The notes beneath the pieces are model-generated. The model saw only the letters and a list, made by a program, of their open reading frames with translations, searched no databases and was not told the origin of the DNA. A program made the position numbers and the translations under genes. Shown here in pieces: positions 25,501 to 34,046 of a DNA stretch of 64,000 nucleotides (position 1 is the stretch's first letter; every line of letters begins with the position of its first letter). Source of the stretch: Giardia intestinalis (lineage: Eukaryota); assembly GCA_000002435.2 (NCBI GenBank), contig CM018792.1; one strand, written 5' to 3'.

Positions 25501-28496
25501 CAGAGATACCCGGCTGTGCGACGTGCACAACGACTGGGAGCGAGCAGACCTGCACAAGCTGTGCGACGGGCGGAGAGAAGGTCAGGCCGGACAAGAAGGG
25601 CTGCATCCCGCAGTGCCCTCCTGACGTGAGCACAGAGAGCGGTGAGTTCTGCGAGTGCAAGAGCACGCACCAGCCCTCGCCGGACGGGCAGACGTGTGTC
25701 CCGAAGACAGGGGCCTGCAATCCAGAGATACCCGGCTGTGCGACGTGCACAACGACTGGGAGCGAGCAGACCTGCACAAGCTGTGCGACGGGCGGAGAGA
25801 AGGTCAGGCCGGACAAGAAGGGCTGCATCCCGCAGTGCCCTCCTGACGTGAGCACAGAGAGCGGTGAGTTCTGCGAGTGCAAGAGCACGCACCAGCCCTC
25901 GCCGGACGGGCAGACGTGTGTCCCGAAGACAGGGGCCTGCAATCCAGAGATACCCGGCTGTGCGACGTGCACAACGACTGGGAGCGAGCAGACCTGCACA
26001 AGCTGTGCGACGGGCGGAGAGAAGGTCAGGCCGGACAAGAAGGGCTGCATCCCGCAGTGCCCTCCTGACGTGAGCACAGAGAGCGGTGAGTTCTGCGAGT
26101 GCAAGAGCACGCACCAGCCCTCGCCGGACGGGCAGACGTGTGTCCCGAAGACAGGGGCCTGCAATCCAGAGATACCCGGCTGTGCGACGTGCACAACGAC
26201 TGGGAGCGAGCAGACCTGCACAAGCTGTGCGACGGGCGGAGAGAAGGTCAGGCCGGACAAGAAGGGCTGCATCCCGCAGTGCCCTCCTGACGTGAGCACA
26301 GAGAGCGGTGAGTTCTGCGAGTGCAAGAGCACGCACCAGCCCTCGCCGGACGGGCAGACGTGTGTCCCGAAGACAGGGGCCTGCAATCCAGAGATACCCG
26401 GCTGTGCGACGTGCACAACGACTGGGAGCGAGCAGACCTGCACAAGCTGTGCGACGGGCGGAGAGAAGGTCAGGCCGGACAAGAAGGGCTGCATCCCGCA
26501 GTGCCCTCCTGACGTGAGCACAGAGAGCGGTGAGTTCTGCGAGTGCAAGAGCACGCACCAGCCCTCGCCGGACGGGCAGACGTGTGTCCCGAAGACAGGG
26601 GCCTGCAATCCAGAGATACCCGGCTGTGCGACGTGCACAACGACTGGGAGCGAGCAGACCTGCACAAGCTGTGCGACGGGCGGAGAGAAGGTCAGGCCGG
26701 ACAAGAAGGGCTGCATCCCGCAGTGCCCTCCTGACGTGAGCACAGAGAGCGGTGAGTTCTGCGAGTGCAAGAGCACGCACCAGCCCTCGCCGGACGGGCA
26801 GACGTGTGTCCCGAAGACAGGGGCCTGCAATCCAGAGATACCCGGCTGTGCGACGTGCACAACGACTGGGAGCGAGCAGACCTGCACAAGCTGTGCGACG
26901 GGCGGAGAGAAGGTCAGGCCGGACAAGAAGGGCTGCATCCCGCAGTGCCCTCCTGACGTGAGCACAGAGAGCGGTGAGTTCTGCGAGTGCAAGAGCACGC
27001 ACCAGCCCTCGCCGGACGGGCAGACGTGTGTCCCGAAGACAGGGGCCTGCAATCCAGAGATACCCGGCTGTGCGACGTGCACAACGACTGGGAGCGAGCA
27101 GACCTGCACAAGCTGTGCGACGGGCGGAGAGAAGGTCAGGCCGGACAAGAAGGGCTGCATCCCGCAGTGCCCTCCTGACGTGAGCACAGAGAGCGGTGAG
27201 TTCTGCGAGTGCAAGAGCACGCACCAGCCCTCGCCGGACGGGCAGACGTGTGTCCCGAAGACAGGGGCCTGCAATCCAGAGATACCCGGCTGTGCGACGT
27301 GCACAACGACTGGGAGCGAGCAGACCTGCACAAGCTGTGCGACGGGCGGAGAGAAGGTCAGGCCGGACAAGAAGGGCTGCATCCCGCAGTGCCCTCCTGA
27401 CGTGAGCACAGAGAGCGGTGAGTTCTGCGAGTGCAAGAGCACGCACCAGCCCTCGCCGGACGGGCAGACGTGTGTCCCGAAGACAGGGGCCTGCAATCCA
27501 GAGATACCCGGCTGTGCGACGTGCACAACGACTGGGAGCGAGCAGACCTGCACAAGCTGTGCGACGGGCGGAGAGAAGGTCAGGCCGGACAAGAAGGGCT
27601 GCATCCCGCAGTGCCCTCCTGACGTGAGCACAGAGAGCGGTGAGTTCTGCGAGTGCAAGAGCACGCACCAGCCCTCGCCGGACGGGCAGACGTGTGTCCC
27701 GAAGACAGGGGCCTGCAATCCAGAGATACCCGGCTGTGCGACGTGCACAACGACTGGGAGCGAGCAGACCTGCACAAGCTGTGCGACGGGCGGAGAGAAG
27801 GTCAGGCCGGACAAGAAGGGCTGCATCCCGCAGTGCCCTCCTGACGTGAGCACAGAGAGCGGTGAGTTCTGCGAGTGCAAGAGCACGCACCAGCCCTCGC
27901 CGGACGGGCAGACGTGTGTCCCGAAGACAGGGGCCTGCAATCCAGAGATACCCGGCTGTGCGACGTGCACAACGACTGGGAGCGAGCAGACCTGCACAAG
28001 CTGTGCGACGGGCGGAGAGAAGGTCAGGCCGGACAAGAAGGGCTGCATCCCGCAGTGCCCTCCTGACGTGAGCACAGAGAGCGGTGAGTTCTGCGAGTGC
28101 AAGAGCACGCACCAGCCCTCGCCGGACGGGCAGACGTGTGTCCCGAAGACAGGGGCCTGCAATCCAGAGATACCCGGCTGTGCGACGTGCACAACGACTG
28201 GGAGCGAGCAGACCTGCACAAGCTGTGCGACGGGCGGAGAGAAGGTCAGGCCGGACAAGAAGGGCTGCATCCCGCAGTGCCCTCCTGACGTGAGCACAGA
28301 GAGCGGTGAGTTCTGCGAGTGCAAGAGCACGCACCAGCCCTCGCCGGACGGGCAGACGTGTGTCCCTTCTAACACAAACAAGAGTAGCGGCCTTTCTACC
28401 GGCGCTATTGCAGGCATTGCTGTGGCCGCTGTCATTGTCGTTGGGGGCCTCGTGGGATTCTTGTGTTGGTGGTTCCTCTGCCGGGGCAAGGCGTAG
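22545..28496 (+). CDS. Variant-specific surface protein (VSP) of 1,983 aa: signal peptide, 26 identical 74-aa cysteine-rich repeats, TM helix and CRGKA tail
   Basis: Start context ttaATGtt (PyAatgTT). Signal peptide 'MLAVILLACTTVLAG'. Repeat unit 'TGACNPEIPGCATCTTTGSEQTCTSCATGGEKVRPDKKGCIPQCPPDVSTESGEFCECKSTHQPSPDGQTCVPK'. C-terminus '...[26 protein letters not shown]'. Poly(A) signal ACTTAGGTAGTGAAT at 28509-28523. Confidence 0.9.
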   Translation: MLAVILLACTTVLAGIVPKTACNPEIPGCATCTTTGSEQTCTSCATGGEKVRPDKKGCIPQCPPDVSTESGEFCECKSTHQPSPDGQTCVPKTGACNPEIPGCATCTTTGSEQTCTSCATGGEKVRPDKKGCIPQCPPDVSTESGEFCECKSTHQPSPDGQTCVPKTGACNPEIPGCATCTTTGSEQTCTSCATGGEKVRPDKKGCIPQCPPDVSTESGEFCECKSTHQPSPDGQTCVPKTGACNPEIPGCATCTTTGSEQTCTSCATGGEKVRPDKKGCIPQCPPDVSTESGEFCECKSTHQPSPDGQTCVPKTGACNPEIPGCATCTTTGSEQTCTSCATGGEKVRPDKKGCIPQCPPDVSTESGEFCECKSTHQPSPDGQTCVPKTGACNPEIPGCATCTTTGSEQTCTSCATGGEKVRPDKKGCIPQCPPDVSTESGEFCECKSTHQPSPDGQTCVPKTGACNPEIPGCATCTTTGSEQTCTSCATGGEKVRPDKKGCIPQCPPDVSTESGEFCECKSTHQPSPDGQTCVPKTGACNPEIPGCATCTTTGSEQTCTSCATGGEKVRPDKKGCIPQCPPDVSTESGEFCECKSTHQPSPDGQTCVPKTGACNPEIPGCATCTTTGSEQTCTSCATGGEKVRPDKKGCIPQCPPDVSTESGEFCECKSTHQPSPDGQTCVPKTGACNPEIPGCATCTTTGSEQTCTSCATGGEKVRPDKKGCIPQCPPDVSTESGEFCECKSTHQPSPDGQTCVPKTGACNPEIPGCATCTTTGSEQTCTSCATGGEKVRPDKKGCIPQCPPDVSTESGEFCECKSTHQPSPDGQTCVPKTGACNPEIPGCATCTTTGSEQTCTSCATGGEKVRPDKKGCIPQCPPDVSTESGEFCECKSTHQPSPDGQTCVPKTGACNPEIPGCATCTTTGSEQTCTSCATGGEKVRPDKKGCIPQCPPDVSTESGEFCECKSTHQPSPDGQTCVPKTGACNPEIPGCATCTTTGSEQTCTSCATGGEKVRPDKKGCIPQCPPDVSTESGEFCECKSTHQPSPDGQTCVPKTGACNPEIPGCATCTTTGSEQTCTSCATGGEKVRPDKKGCIPQCPPDVSTESGEFCECKSTHQPSPDGQTCVPKTGACNPEIPGCATCTTTGSEQTCTSCATGGEKVRPDKKGCIPQCPPDVSTESGEFCECKSTHQPSPDGQTCVPKTGACNPEIPGCATCTTTGSEQTCTSCATGGEKVRPDKKGCIPQCPPDVSTESGEFCECKSTHQPSPDGQTCVPKTGACNPEIPGCATCTTTGSEQTCTSCATGGEKVRPDKKGCIPQCPPDVSTESGEFCECKSTHQPSPDGQTCVPKTGACNPEIPGCATCTTTGSEQTCTSCATGGEKVRPDKKGCIPQCPPDVSTESGEFCECKSTHQPSPDGQTCVPKTGACNPEIPGCATCTTTGSEQTCTSCATGGEKVRPDKKGCIPQCPPDVSTESGEFCECKSTHQPSPDGQTCVPKTGACNPEIPGCATCTTTGSEQTCTSCATGGEKVRPDKKGCIPQCPPDVSTESGEFCECKSTHQPSPDGQTCVPKTGACNPEIPGCATCTTTGSEQTCTSCATGGEKVRPDKKGCIPQCPPDVSTESGEFCECKSTHQPSPDGQTCVPKTGACNPEIPGCATCTTTGSEQTCTSCATGGEKVRPDKKGCIPQCPPDVSTESGEFCECKSTHQPSPDGQTCVPKTGACNPEIPGCATCTTTGSEQTCTSCATGGEKVRPDKKGCIPQCPPDVSTESGEFCECKSTHQPSPDGQTCVPKTGACNPEIPGCATCTTTGSEQTCTSCATGGEKVRPDKKGCIPQCPPDVSTESGEFCECKSTHQPSPDGQTCVPKTGACNPEIPGCATCTTTGSEQTCTSCATGGEKVRPDKKGCIPQCPPDVSTESGEFCECKSTHQPSPDGQTCVPSNTNKSSGLSTGAIAGIAVAAVIVVGGLVGFLCWWFLCRGKA
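22605..28368 (+). repeat. Perfect head-to-tail array of 26 x 222 bp (coding tandem repeat inside the VSP)
   Basis: Unit starts (gcctgcaatccagag...) recur exactly every 222 nt (22605, 22827, ...). All shadow ORFs are identical, implying ~100% identity between units. Confidence 0.9.
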
Positions 28497-28508
28497 ATTT
28501 AACTGTAC

Positions 28509-28523
28509 ACTTAGGTAGTGAAT
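28509..28523 (+). terminator. VSP extended polyadenylation signal ACTTAGGTAGTGAAT (AGTRAAY core)
   Basis: Lies 13 nt downstream of the VSP stop. The same 15-mer class recurs after the VSP relic at 28771-28785 (ACTTAGGTAGTAAAT). Confidence 0.6.
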
Positions 28524-28552
28524 GCTGCACAGTGATGGGGTGATAGTGCTAT

Positions 28553-28771
28553 GTGGGTGATTGCAAGCACTGTGTGGTGGATGATGTGTGTGGGGAGTGC
28601 AGTGATGGATACAGTCTAGACAGCAGTGGGGCCTCCTGTGTGTCTTCTAGCAGTAATAGGAGCGGGCTCTCCACGGGGGCCATAGCTGGCATCTCCGTCG
28701 CTGTCATCGCTGTCGTGGGGGGCCTCGTGGGCTTCCTCTGCTGGTGGTTCCTCTGTAGAGGGAAGGCGTGA
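28553..28771 (+). pseudogene. Orphan VSP 3' fragment of 72 codons. No ATG (the track start is GTG) and no signal peptide
   Basis: '...[57 protein letters not shown]' plus the poly(A) signal at 28771-28785. Paralogous to 2200-2394. Confidence 0.7.
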
Positions 28772-28859
28772 CTTAGGTAGTAAATGCGTCGACGAATCCA
28801 GTGTGGCCCAATCACTCGTTCAGCCCAATACTTGACCCTGTTTTTGAAATAAAGCTATC

Positions 28860-31445
28860 ATGACCGACGGTGATGACCACACAGTCAGCCCCTCAGCGGC
28901 GGCCCTCGCCATCCCACAGTTCACCTTTGAGGACCTTCGCGAGCGGCTGGGCAGTGTGTTAAGAAGAGACGCCGCAGCTGTAGTCTACTCCCTCGAGGGC
29001 TATCCAAACCTCGCTGTGCAGGAGATCCTCCTCGATGGCCTGGACAAGGGGGATCTGGACGCCATCAAGACAAGATTGACCGTCATCCTTACCCTCTCCC
29101 ACCCGGGGGTCCTCAAGCACCACCAAGTAGTCGAGGACGAGGGCCTCATCTACGTCGTCACGGACCGGCACGACAGGACCCTCGAGCGCCTCCTCACCGA
29201 GCACAAACGAAGGAAGATCCCCGTGTCTGCCGGCGTGATCCTCTCCGTCATGAAACAGCTCGCCGCCGCCCTCGCCTATCTTCATGGTCTCAGCGGGGTA
29301 GGTGCTAATGGGCTTGTCCACTGCGACCTCAGGCCTGCCAACGTCCTCATCAGCGCAGACGGGGAGCGCTTCGTCATCGCCGACTTCGGCCTCTGCAGAA
29401 ACACATTGTGGAGTGAGAGCACCATTGCAGGCATGGCAGTATACATGGCCCCCGAGATGCTCCTCCACAACGAGCCCAGCCCCGCCTCCGATGTGTGGAG
29501 CCTCGGGGTCATCCTCTACGAGATGGCCACTCTGAGGAGACCGGACTTCCTGAAAGGTAAAGACCCAAAAGACGTCTTCGTCGACAGGTGGAGGCCGGAC
29601 CTGAGCAGTGTCACCGATGGCTTCATAAAGAGTGTTCTGGAGAGGATATTCGTGCTGGAGCCAGAGGAAAGACTGACAGCCAGGGAGCTGCACGAGACGC
29701 TCACTGCGGCTGACATCCCAGTTGGTGAGCTGGGGGCTCAGTACGCGATGCTGAAGTACGAATGCGGATCCCTGAAGGCCGCTCTGAACAGTGCTAACGC
29801 TAGGATTGCTACTCTTGAGGCAGCCCTCGACGCCAGGTCTACTGAGATGGTGTCTCAGTCAACCGAGACTGCCTCTCTCAAGGACGCACTTGAAGATCAG
29901 TGCAAGGAGCATCTGGCCATGATTAAGGCACTAGAGAATAGATTCACAGAATTTAGTGGTGGGATGAACACGAGTAGCTCCCAGATCAACCTCTCTGCGC
30001 TGCCTCAACTGATCCGTGCTGCACACACGAATGACATGGAGACTGTCCGGATGCTGGTCAGCGAAGGGATTGGCATCGGCCAGCGCGACGAGCAGGGGAT
30101 GACGGCCCTTATGCACGCGGCCCAGCAAGGGCACGTTGGCCCTGTCAGGCTGCTTGTTGAGAGGGGGAATGGCCTCCAGGATAGGAACGGCTGGACTGCG
30201 CTCATGCACGCCGCACACAACGGCCACCCTGGGGCGGCTAGGATCCTCGCTCCTTACGAGTACTGGAGGAGAGACAACAACGGCCGCACCGCCCTGATGA
30301 TGGCCACACAGCAAGGGAGCCTTGAAGTGGTAAAGCTCCTTCTTGATCATGAGAAGGGGCTGAAAGATAAGCAACATCACAACGCCCTATACCATGCTCT
30401 CGAGAATGGCCACTTAGGGGTTGCCGAGATGATCATTCCCTACGAGGACCCCACAGATGAGAAGGGCGTCACGGCACTCATGAGAGCCGCAGCCAGAGGG
30501 GACACTGGGATGGTAAGGCTGCTTATACCAGTTCAGAAAGGAATAAAGGATAGCAATGGGGACACAGCGTTCATGCACGCCCTCAAGAATCAGCACGCAG
30601 ACATAGCTCTGCTTCTTCGCGAGCATGAGGCCCCCTCGTGGACCCCGCTCATGTGCGCGGCCTTCACTGGAGACGTTACCATGGTGAGGAGGCACTTCCA
30701 TGAGAGAGACGTGAAGAACAGCGACGGCGAGACTGCGCTGGTGATTGCTGCAAGGAAAGGATACAGGGAAATCGTCGAGCTCCTCGATCCCACAGATGAG
30801 AATGGCGTCACAGCGCTCATGCGAGCTGTTGACAGAAACGATCTGATGGCTGTGAAGGCCCTCCTTCCTCTCCAGGGGGGACAGAAAGCGACGGGGGATG
30901 TCAGGATAGGCAAGCTGATTATATACGGTGGAACGGCGCTGATGATAGCAGCAGCACGTGGTCACACAAGGATAGTGGAACTGCTCGTGGAGAAGGAGGG
31001 CGGGATGCAGACAAGTTATGGTTCGACAGCCCTCATAAGGGCAGCGGAGAATGGTCACACAGACTGTGTTAGACTACTAGTAAAGAAGGAGGGCGGGGTA
31101 CAGAATAAGTATGGATGGACAGCTCTCATGAGTGCAGCACAGAATGGCTATACAAGGATAGTGGAAGTACTCCTGGAAAAGGAAGGGGGTATGCAAAGGA
31201 GTGACGGCCAGACAGCCCTCATGAGTGCAACACAGTATGGTCATACAGACTGCACTAGAATATTGCTAGAGAAGGAGGGTGGGATGCAGAACAATGGTGG
31301 TTCGACAGCCCTCATGTTCGCAGTAAGGTATGGCCACCTAGAGTGTGTTAAGCTACTCCTAGAGAAGGAGAAGAACATAGACAGGAGGAAGCTCTTGAAC
31401 ACAGCCGAGGGAAATGAAGAGATACTAGCGATCCTCTCGAAGTAG
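28860..31445 (+). CDS. NEK-family Ser/Thr protein kinase with a coiled coil and a C-terminal ankyrin-repeat domain
   Basis: Kinase motifs 'HCDLRPANVL', 'IADFGLCR', 'YMAPE', 'DVWSLGVILYEM'. Coiled coil at ~aa 290-370. At least 12 ankyrin units follow. A/T-rich initiator upstream. Confidence 0.85.
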   Translation: MTDGDDHTVSPSAAALAIPQFTFEDLRERLGSVLRRDAAAVVYSLEGYPNLAVQEILLDGLDKGDLDAIKTRLTVILTLSHPGVLKHHQVVEDEGLIYVVTDRHDRTLERLLTEHKRRKIPVSAGVILSVMKQLAAALAYLHGLSGVGANGLVHCDLRPANVLISADGERFVIADFGLCRNTLWSESTIAGMAVYMAPEMLLHNEPSPASDVWSLGVILYEMATLRRPDFLKGKDPKDVFVDRWRPDLSSVTDGFIKSVLERIFVLEPEERLTARELHETLTAADIPVGELGAQYAMLKYECGSLKAALNSANARIATLEAALDARSTEMVSQSTETASLKDALEDQCKEHLAMIKALENRFTEFSGGMNTSSSQINLSALPQLIRAAHTNDMETVRMLVSEGIGIGQRDEQGMTALMHAAQQGHVGPVRLLVERGNGLQDRNGWTALMHAAHNGHPGAARILAPYEYWRRDNNGRTALMMATQQGSLEVVKLLLDHEKGLKDKQHHNALYHALENGHLGVAEMIIPYEDPTDEKGVTALMRAAARGDTGMVRLLIPVQKGIKDSNGDTAFMHALKNQHADIALLLREHEAPSWTPLMCAAFTGDVTMVRRHFHERDVKNSDGETALVIAARKGYREIVELLDPTDENGVTALMRAVDRNDLMAVKALLPLQGGQKATGDVRIGKLIIYGGTALMIAAARGHTRIVELLVEKEGGMQTSYGSTALIRAAENGHTDCVRLLVKKEGGVQNKYGWTALMSAAQNGYTRIVEVLLEKEGGMQRSDGQTALMSATQYGHTDCTRILLEKEGGMQNNGGSTALMFAVRYGHLECVKLLLEKEKNIDRRKLLNTAEGNEEILAILSK

Positions 31446-31479
31446 CCAGAGTAAACAGCGATCGTCTCTACATCAGACT

Positions 31480-31751
31480 TTACATCTCACAGCCCCACCA
31501 CGCAGCAGGACTCCGGGGCCAGCAGCCTCTAGCGCGAGAGCGAACGCGGCTCAGGGAAGTCGGCAAGCCGGCTCCGTAACCTCGGGAAAAGGAGTGGCTC
31601 TGACGGCGCGCCGGGTCAGAACTGGAACGGACGCGGGGATCCCGACTGTTTACTAGAAACACAGCGTCGCGAGGGCCGCACCCGGCGCTGGCGCGACGTG
31701 ATTTCTGCCCAGTGCCACGACCGTCACTGTGAAGCGATCCGCCGAAGCCCT

Positions 31752-31803
<52 letters not shown>

Positions 31804-32010
31804 GGGCAATTTCCGACGTGCATGAATGGACCAACGAGGATCCCACTGTCCCGAGCCGCGCCTCCGCGAGCCTCCAGCCTCGGGAACGGGCGAGGGCCGG
31901 CCAGCGGGGCAAGAAGACCCTTTTGAGCTTGACTCCAGCCCGGGCCTGTGGGACGCACCTGCAGAGCGCAGGGCGGGGCGCGCCGAGAAACTGCTTTGCT
32001 GGTGTGTGTG
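31480..32010 (+). rRNA. 5'-truncated fragment of large-subunit (LSU) rRNA, domains IV-V (rDNA relic). GC-rich rRNA-like sequence may continue, in diverged form, to ~32500
   Basis: Universally conserved LSU strings in order: 'GGGAAGTCGGCAAGCCGGCTCCGTAACCTCGGGAAAAGGAG', 'CTGTTTACTAGAAACACAGC', 'CTGCCCAGTGCC', 'GGTAAACGGCGGGAGTAACTATGACTCTCTTAAGGTAGCCAAATGCCTCGTCGGGCAATTTCCGACGTGCATGAATGG', 'GGCAAGAAGACCCTTTTGAGCTTGACTC'. The upstream LSU domains and the SSU are missing, because the kinase gene ends at 31445. Confidence 0.7.
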
Positions 32011-32962
32011 GCAGACAGACAGGGAGCGCGGAAAGAGAAGAGTGAGGTCGTGCAGGAAGGTCCGAGGGGCCGCCGGAGGACACGTGCACGCCCACGGCCG
32101 GGTCTTCCTCGTGCAGAGGGACGCCCGTGTGTGCCGCACAGCACCGCTGGGAGGCCGTCGGGGGAGACCGCTGCGGAGAGGGCAGCAGAGCAGCCAGGAG
32201 GCCCCAGAGGCGGTGCAGGGTGGCTGTGTCACCCTGCCAGAGGGTGGAGGCAGGGGGCACACGGGGGAGGGGCGCAGAGAGGGCGCGGAGGGGCGCGTGG
32301 ACGGAGCCCTGCAGGGGACACGGGGGCAGCCACCGAGGATCCCTCGAGCACTCCGGTCTCTCCTGTGGCCTCCTGCTCCCCCGTGCCCCCGCTGTAGCCA
32401 GGCGCGCACCCCGCACCCGGGACAGCCACCTGAAAGAGCTGTGTACACCGGGACAGAGAGGGTGACCAAGGAGAGTCAAGCAGTCCTGTCATGAGGGTGC
32501 ACCGGTAGGCCCTTGTCCAGCACACATCATACGATATTCGGAGGTCATGAAGTGCGTATTCGGTGCGTCTATCAGACGTCAATACGGCTGGATTAGCCGT
32601 CCTATTGCCAGGTTGTGCCGCCTCGAGTTAGCAGAGAGCTATGCTCCACCCTCTGCAGGCTGCTCTCTCAGTCGCGGCTCAGCCCTTGTCCCGGAATTCC
32701 GATACCATTCAGGCTCTGCCTCGTCCGCCCGCTGCACTGTAGAGTAGGAGCGCAGGCCTCGGTCCACACTTCAGTGTTACCCATTCCCATAGTGCAATCC
32801 GTCACATTAGAAGATCAAGGATGTTTTAGCTTAGTCTTTGCAACCATCTATGAAGAGTGCTTCGCAAAGGAAAGAACATGACAAAACTTTATTGGGACTT
32901 TGTCCAGCACTCTTCTAAGCCTAGAATCCGCATTGCCAACGACTAGGGAAGTATCGAATGTT

Positions 32963-33919
32963 CTAGGAAACCGCTTGGAAGCACAGCCCACGATATGTTG
33001 CCCTGCAAGAGCCTTTCCCTTTAACTCGGCGCATTCAGCCATGCACTCCCACCTCTATAGAATTCCGAGACGTCTGCTTTTCCTACAAGACGGGCTGCGA
33101 TATTCTACATGGCTTGACCCTGTTTGTTCATCCCGGTCAGAAGGTTGCTATCGTGGGAGGTCTGGGATCGGCAAGTCCACGATCATCAACCTCTTGACGC
33201 GGCTATACACCACACCCCAGCCTCAGGACACTTCGTCGCCCGGAATCTATCTCAATGGCAGGGCTATAGGGTCCATTCCACGCGAGGAGCTGCGGCGGCT
33301 TATAACAGTCGTCCCGCAGGATAACATACTCATCAGGGGCTCTGCCACGGACAACATCGCCTATGGACAGCCCCGCAAGCTCCTGGGCTCCCACGCAGAA
33401 AAGGAGCAGAGGCGCTACATCCGAGAAGTCATTCGGCTATGCTACGAGGCTTCCCGTGTTGCTACTGCTGAAGAGCTCCTGGGAGACGCACCGTACAGTG
33501 GAACCCTGCAGGGCCTTTCTGGGGGACAACGCCAACGGGTAGGAATTGCCAGAGCTGTCGCACGTGGAGGCAGCGTTCTTGTGCTCGACGAGGCGACGTC
33601 GGCACTCGACGAAGAGACAGAGAAGCGGGTCCTCCAACAGCTATTCCGCTCACTGGACCCCAACCAGAGCGTCGTCATTATCAGTCACAGACTCTCCACT
33701 CTCCGGTATGTCGACCTGATTTATGTCCTAGATAATCCAGATGGCAGTGGAGCGCGCGTGGTAGAGTCAGGCTCGTACGACTGGTTCGTTGCCGAAAGCC
33801 AATATCTGAAGGATGCAGGCCAGGATATCTCTGACCTTGTGAGTAACTGTGGCTGTAGCAGCGCAGGTGTTACCCCAGGCTTCTCCCATGCAACTCTTGA
33901 TGCAAAGGGGGATCCGTAG
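32963..33919 (+). pseudogene. ABC-transporter nucleotide-binding domain relic (ABCB-type). It has no transmembrane domain and carries a 1-nt frameshift in the Walker A motif
   Basis: Frame A reads 'SIEFRDVCFSYKTGCDILHGLTLFVHPGQKVAIVGG', then shifts at ggaggt^ctggg (~33150) to 'SGIGKSTIINLL'. The signature motif 'LSGGQRQRVGIARAV', Walker B 'VLVLDEATSALD' and H-loop 'IISHRLST' are intact. Confidence 0.65.
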
Positions 33920-34046
33920 AAACAAAGCACGCCTGGTGGCAAAGACAAATAAGACCAACCAAAACCGCCGAATCAGCAGTCAGTGAATACCTTATAAAGT
34001 CACCTCCTAGTAGTGCTAATTTACTAACCACAAAGTCTGCTGCCGC

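Noticed and set aside
22605-28368. Could the regular repeats be a CRISPR array?
   Set aside because: The units are identical and contiguous with no unique spacers. They are in-frame coding sequence of a eukaryotic surface protein. The locus is clearly eukaryotic.
22496-28489. Giant antisense ORFs (1,997 and 1,917 aa) and dozens of 63-69-aa ORFs on both strands across the VSP repeat
   Set aside because: They are reading-frame shadows of a stop-free 222-bp unit repeated 26 times. Only the + frame has a signal peptide, CXXC periodicity, the TM/CRGKA tail, a correct initiator and a poly(A) signal.
31480-32582. ORFs 31480-32469(-), 31781-32479(-), 31826-32494(+) and others across the GC-rich block
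   Set aside because: The region contains unmistakable conserved LSU rRNA sequence. The ORFs are Arg/Pro/Gly-rich artefacts of GC-rich non-coding RNA or DNA.
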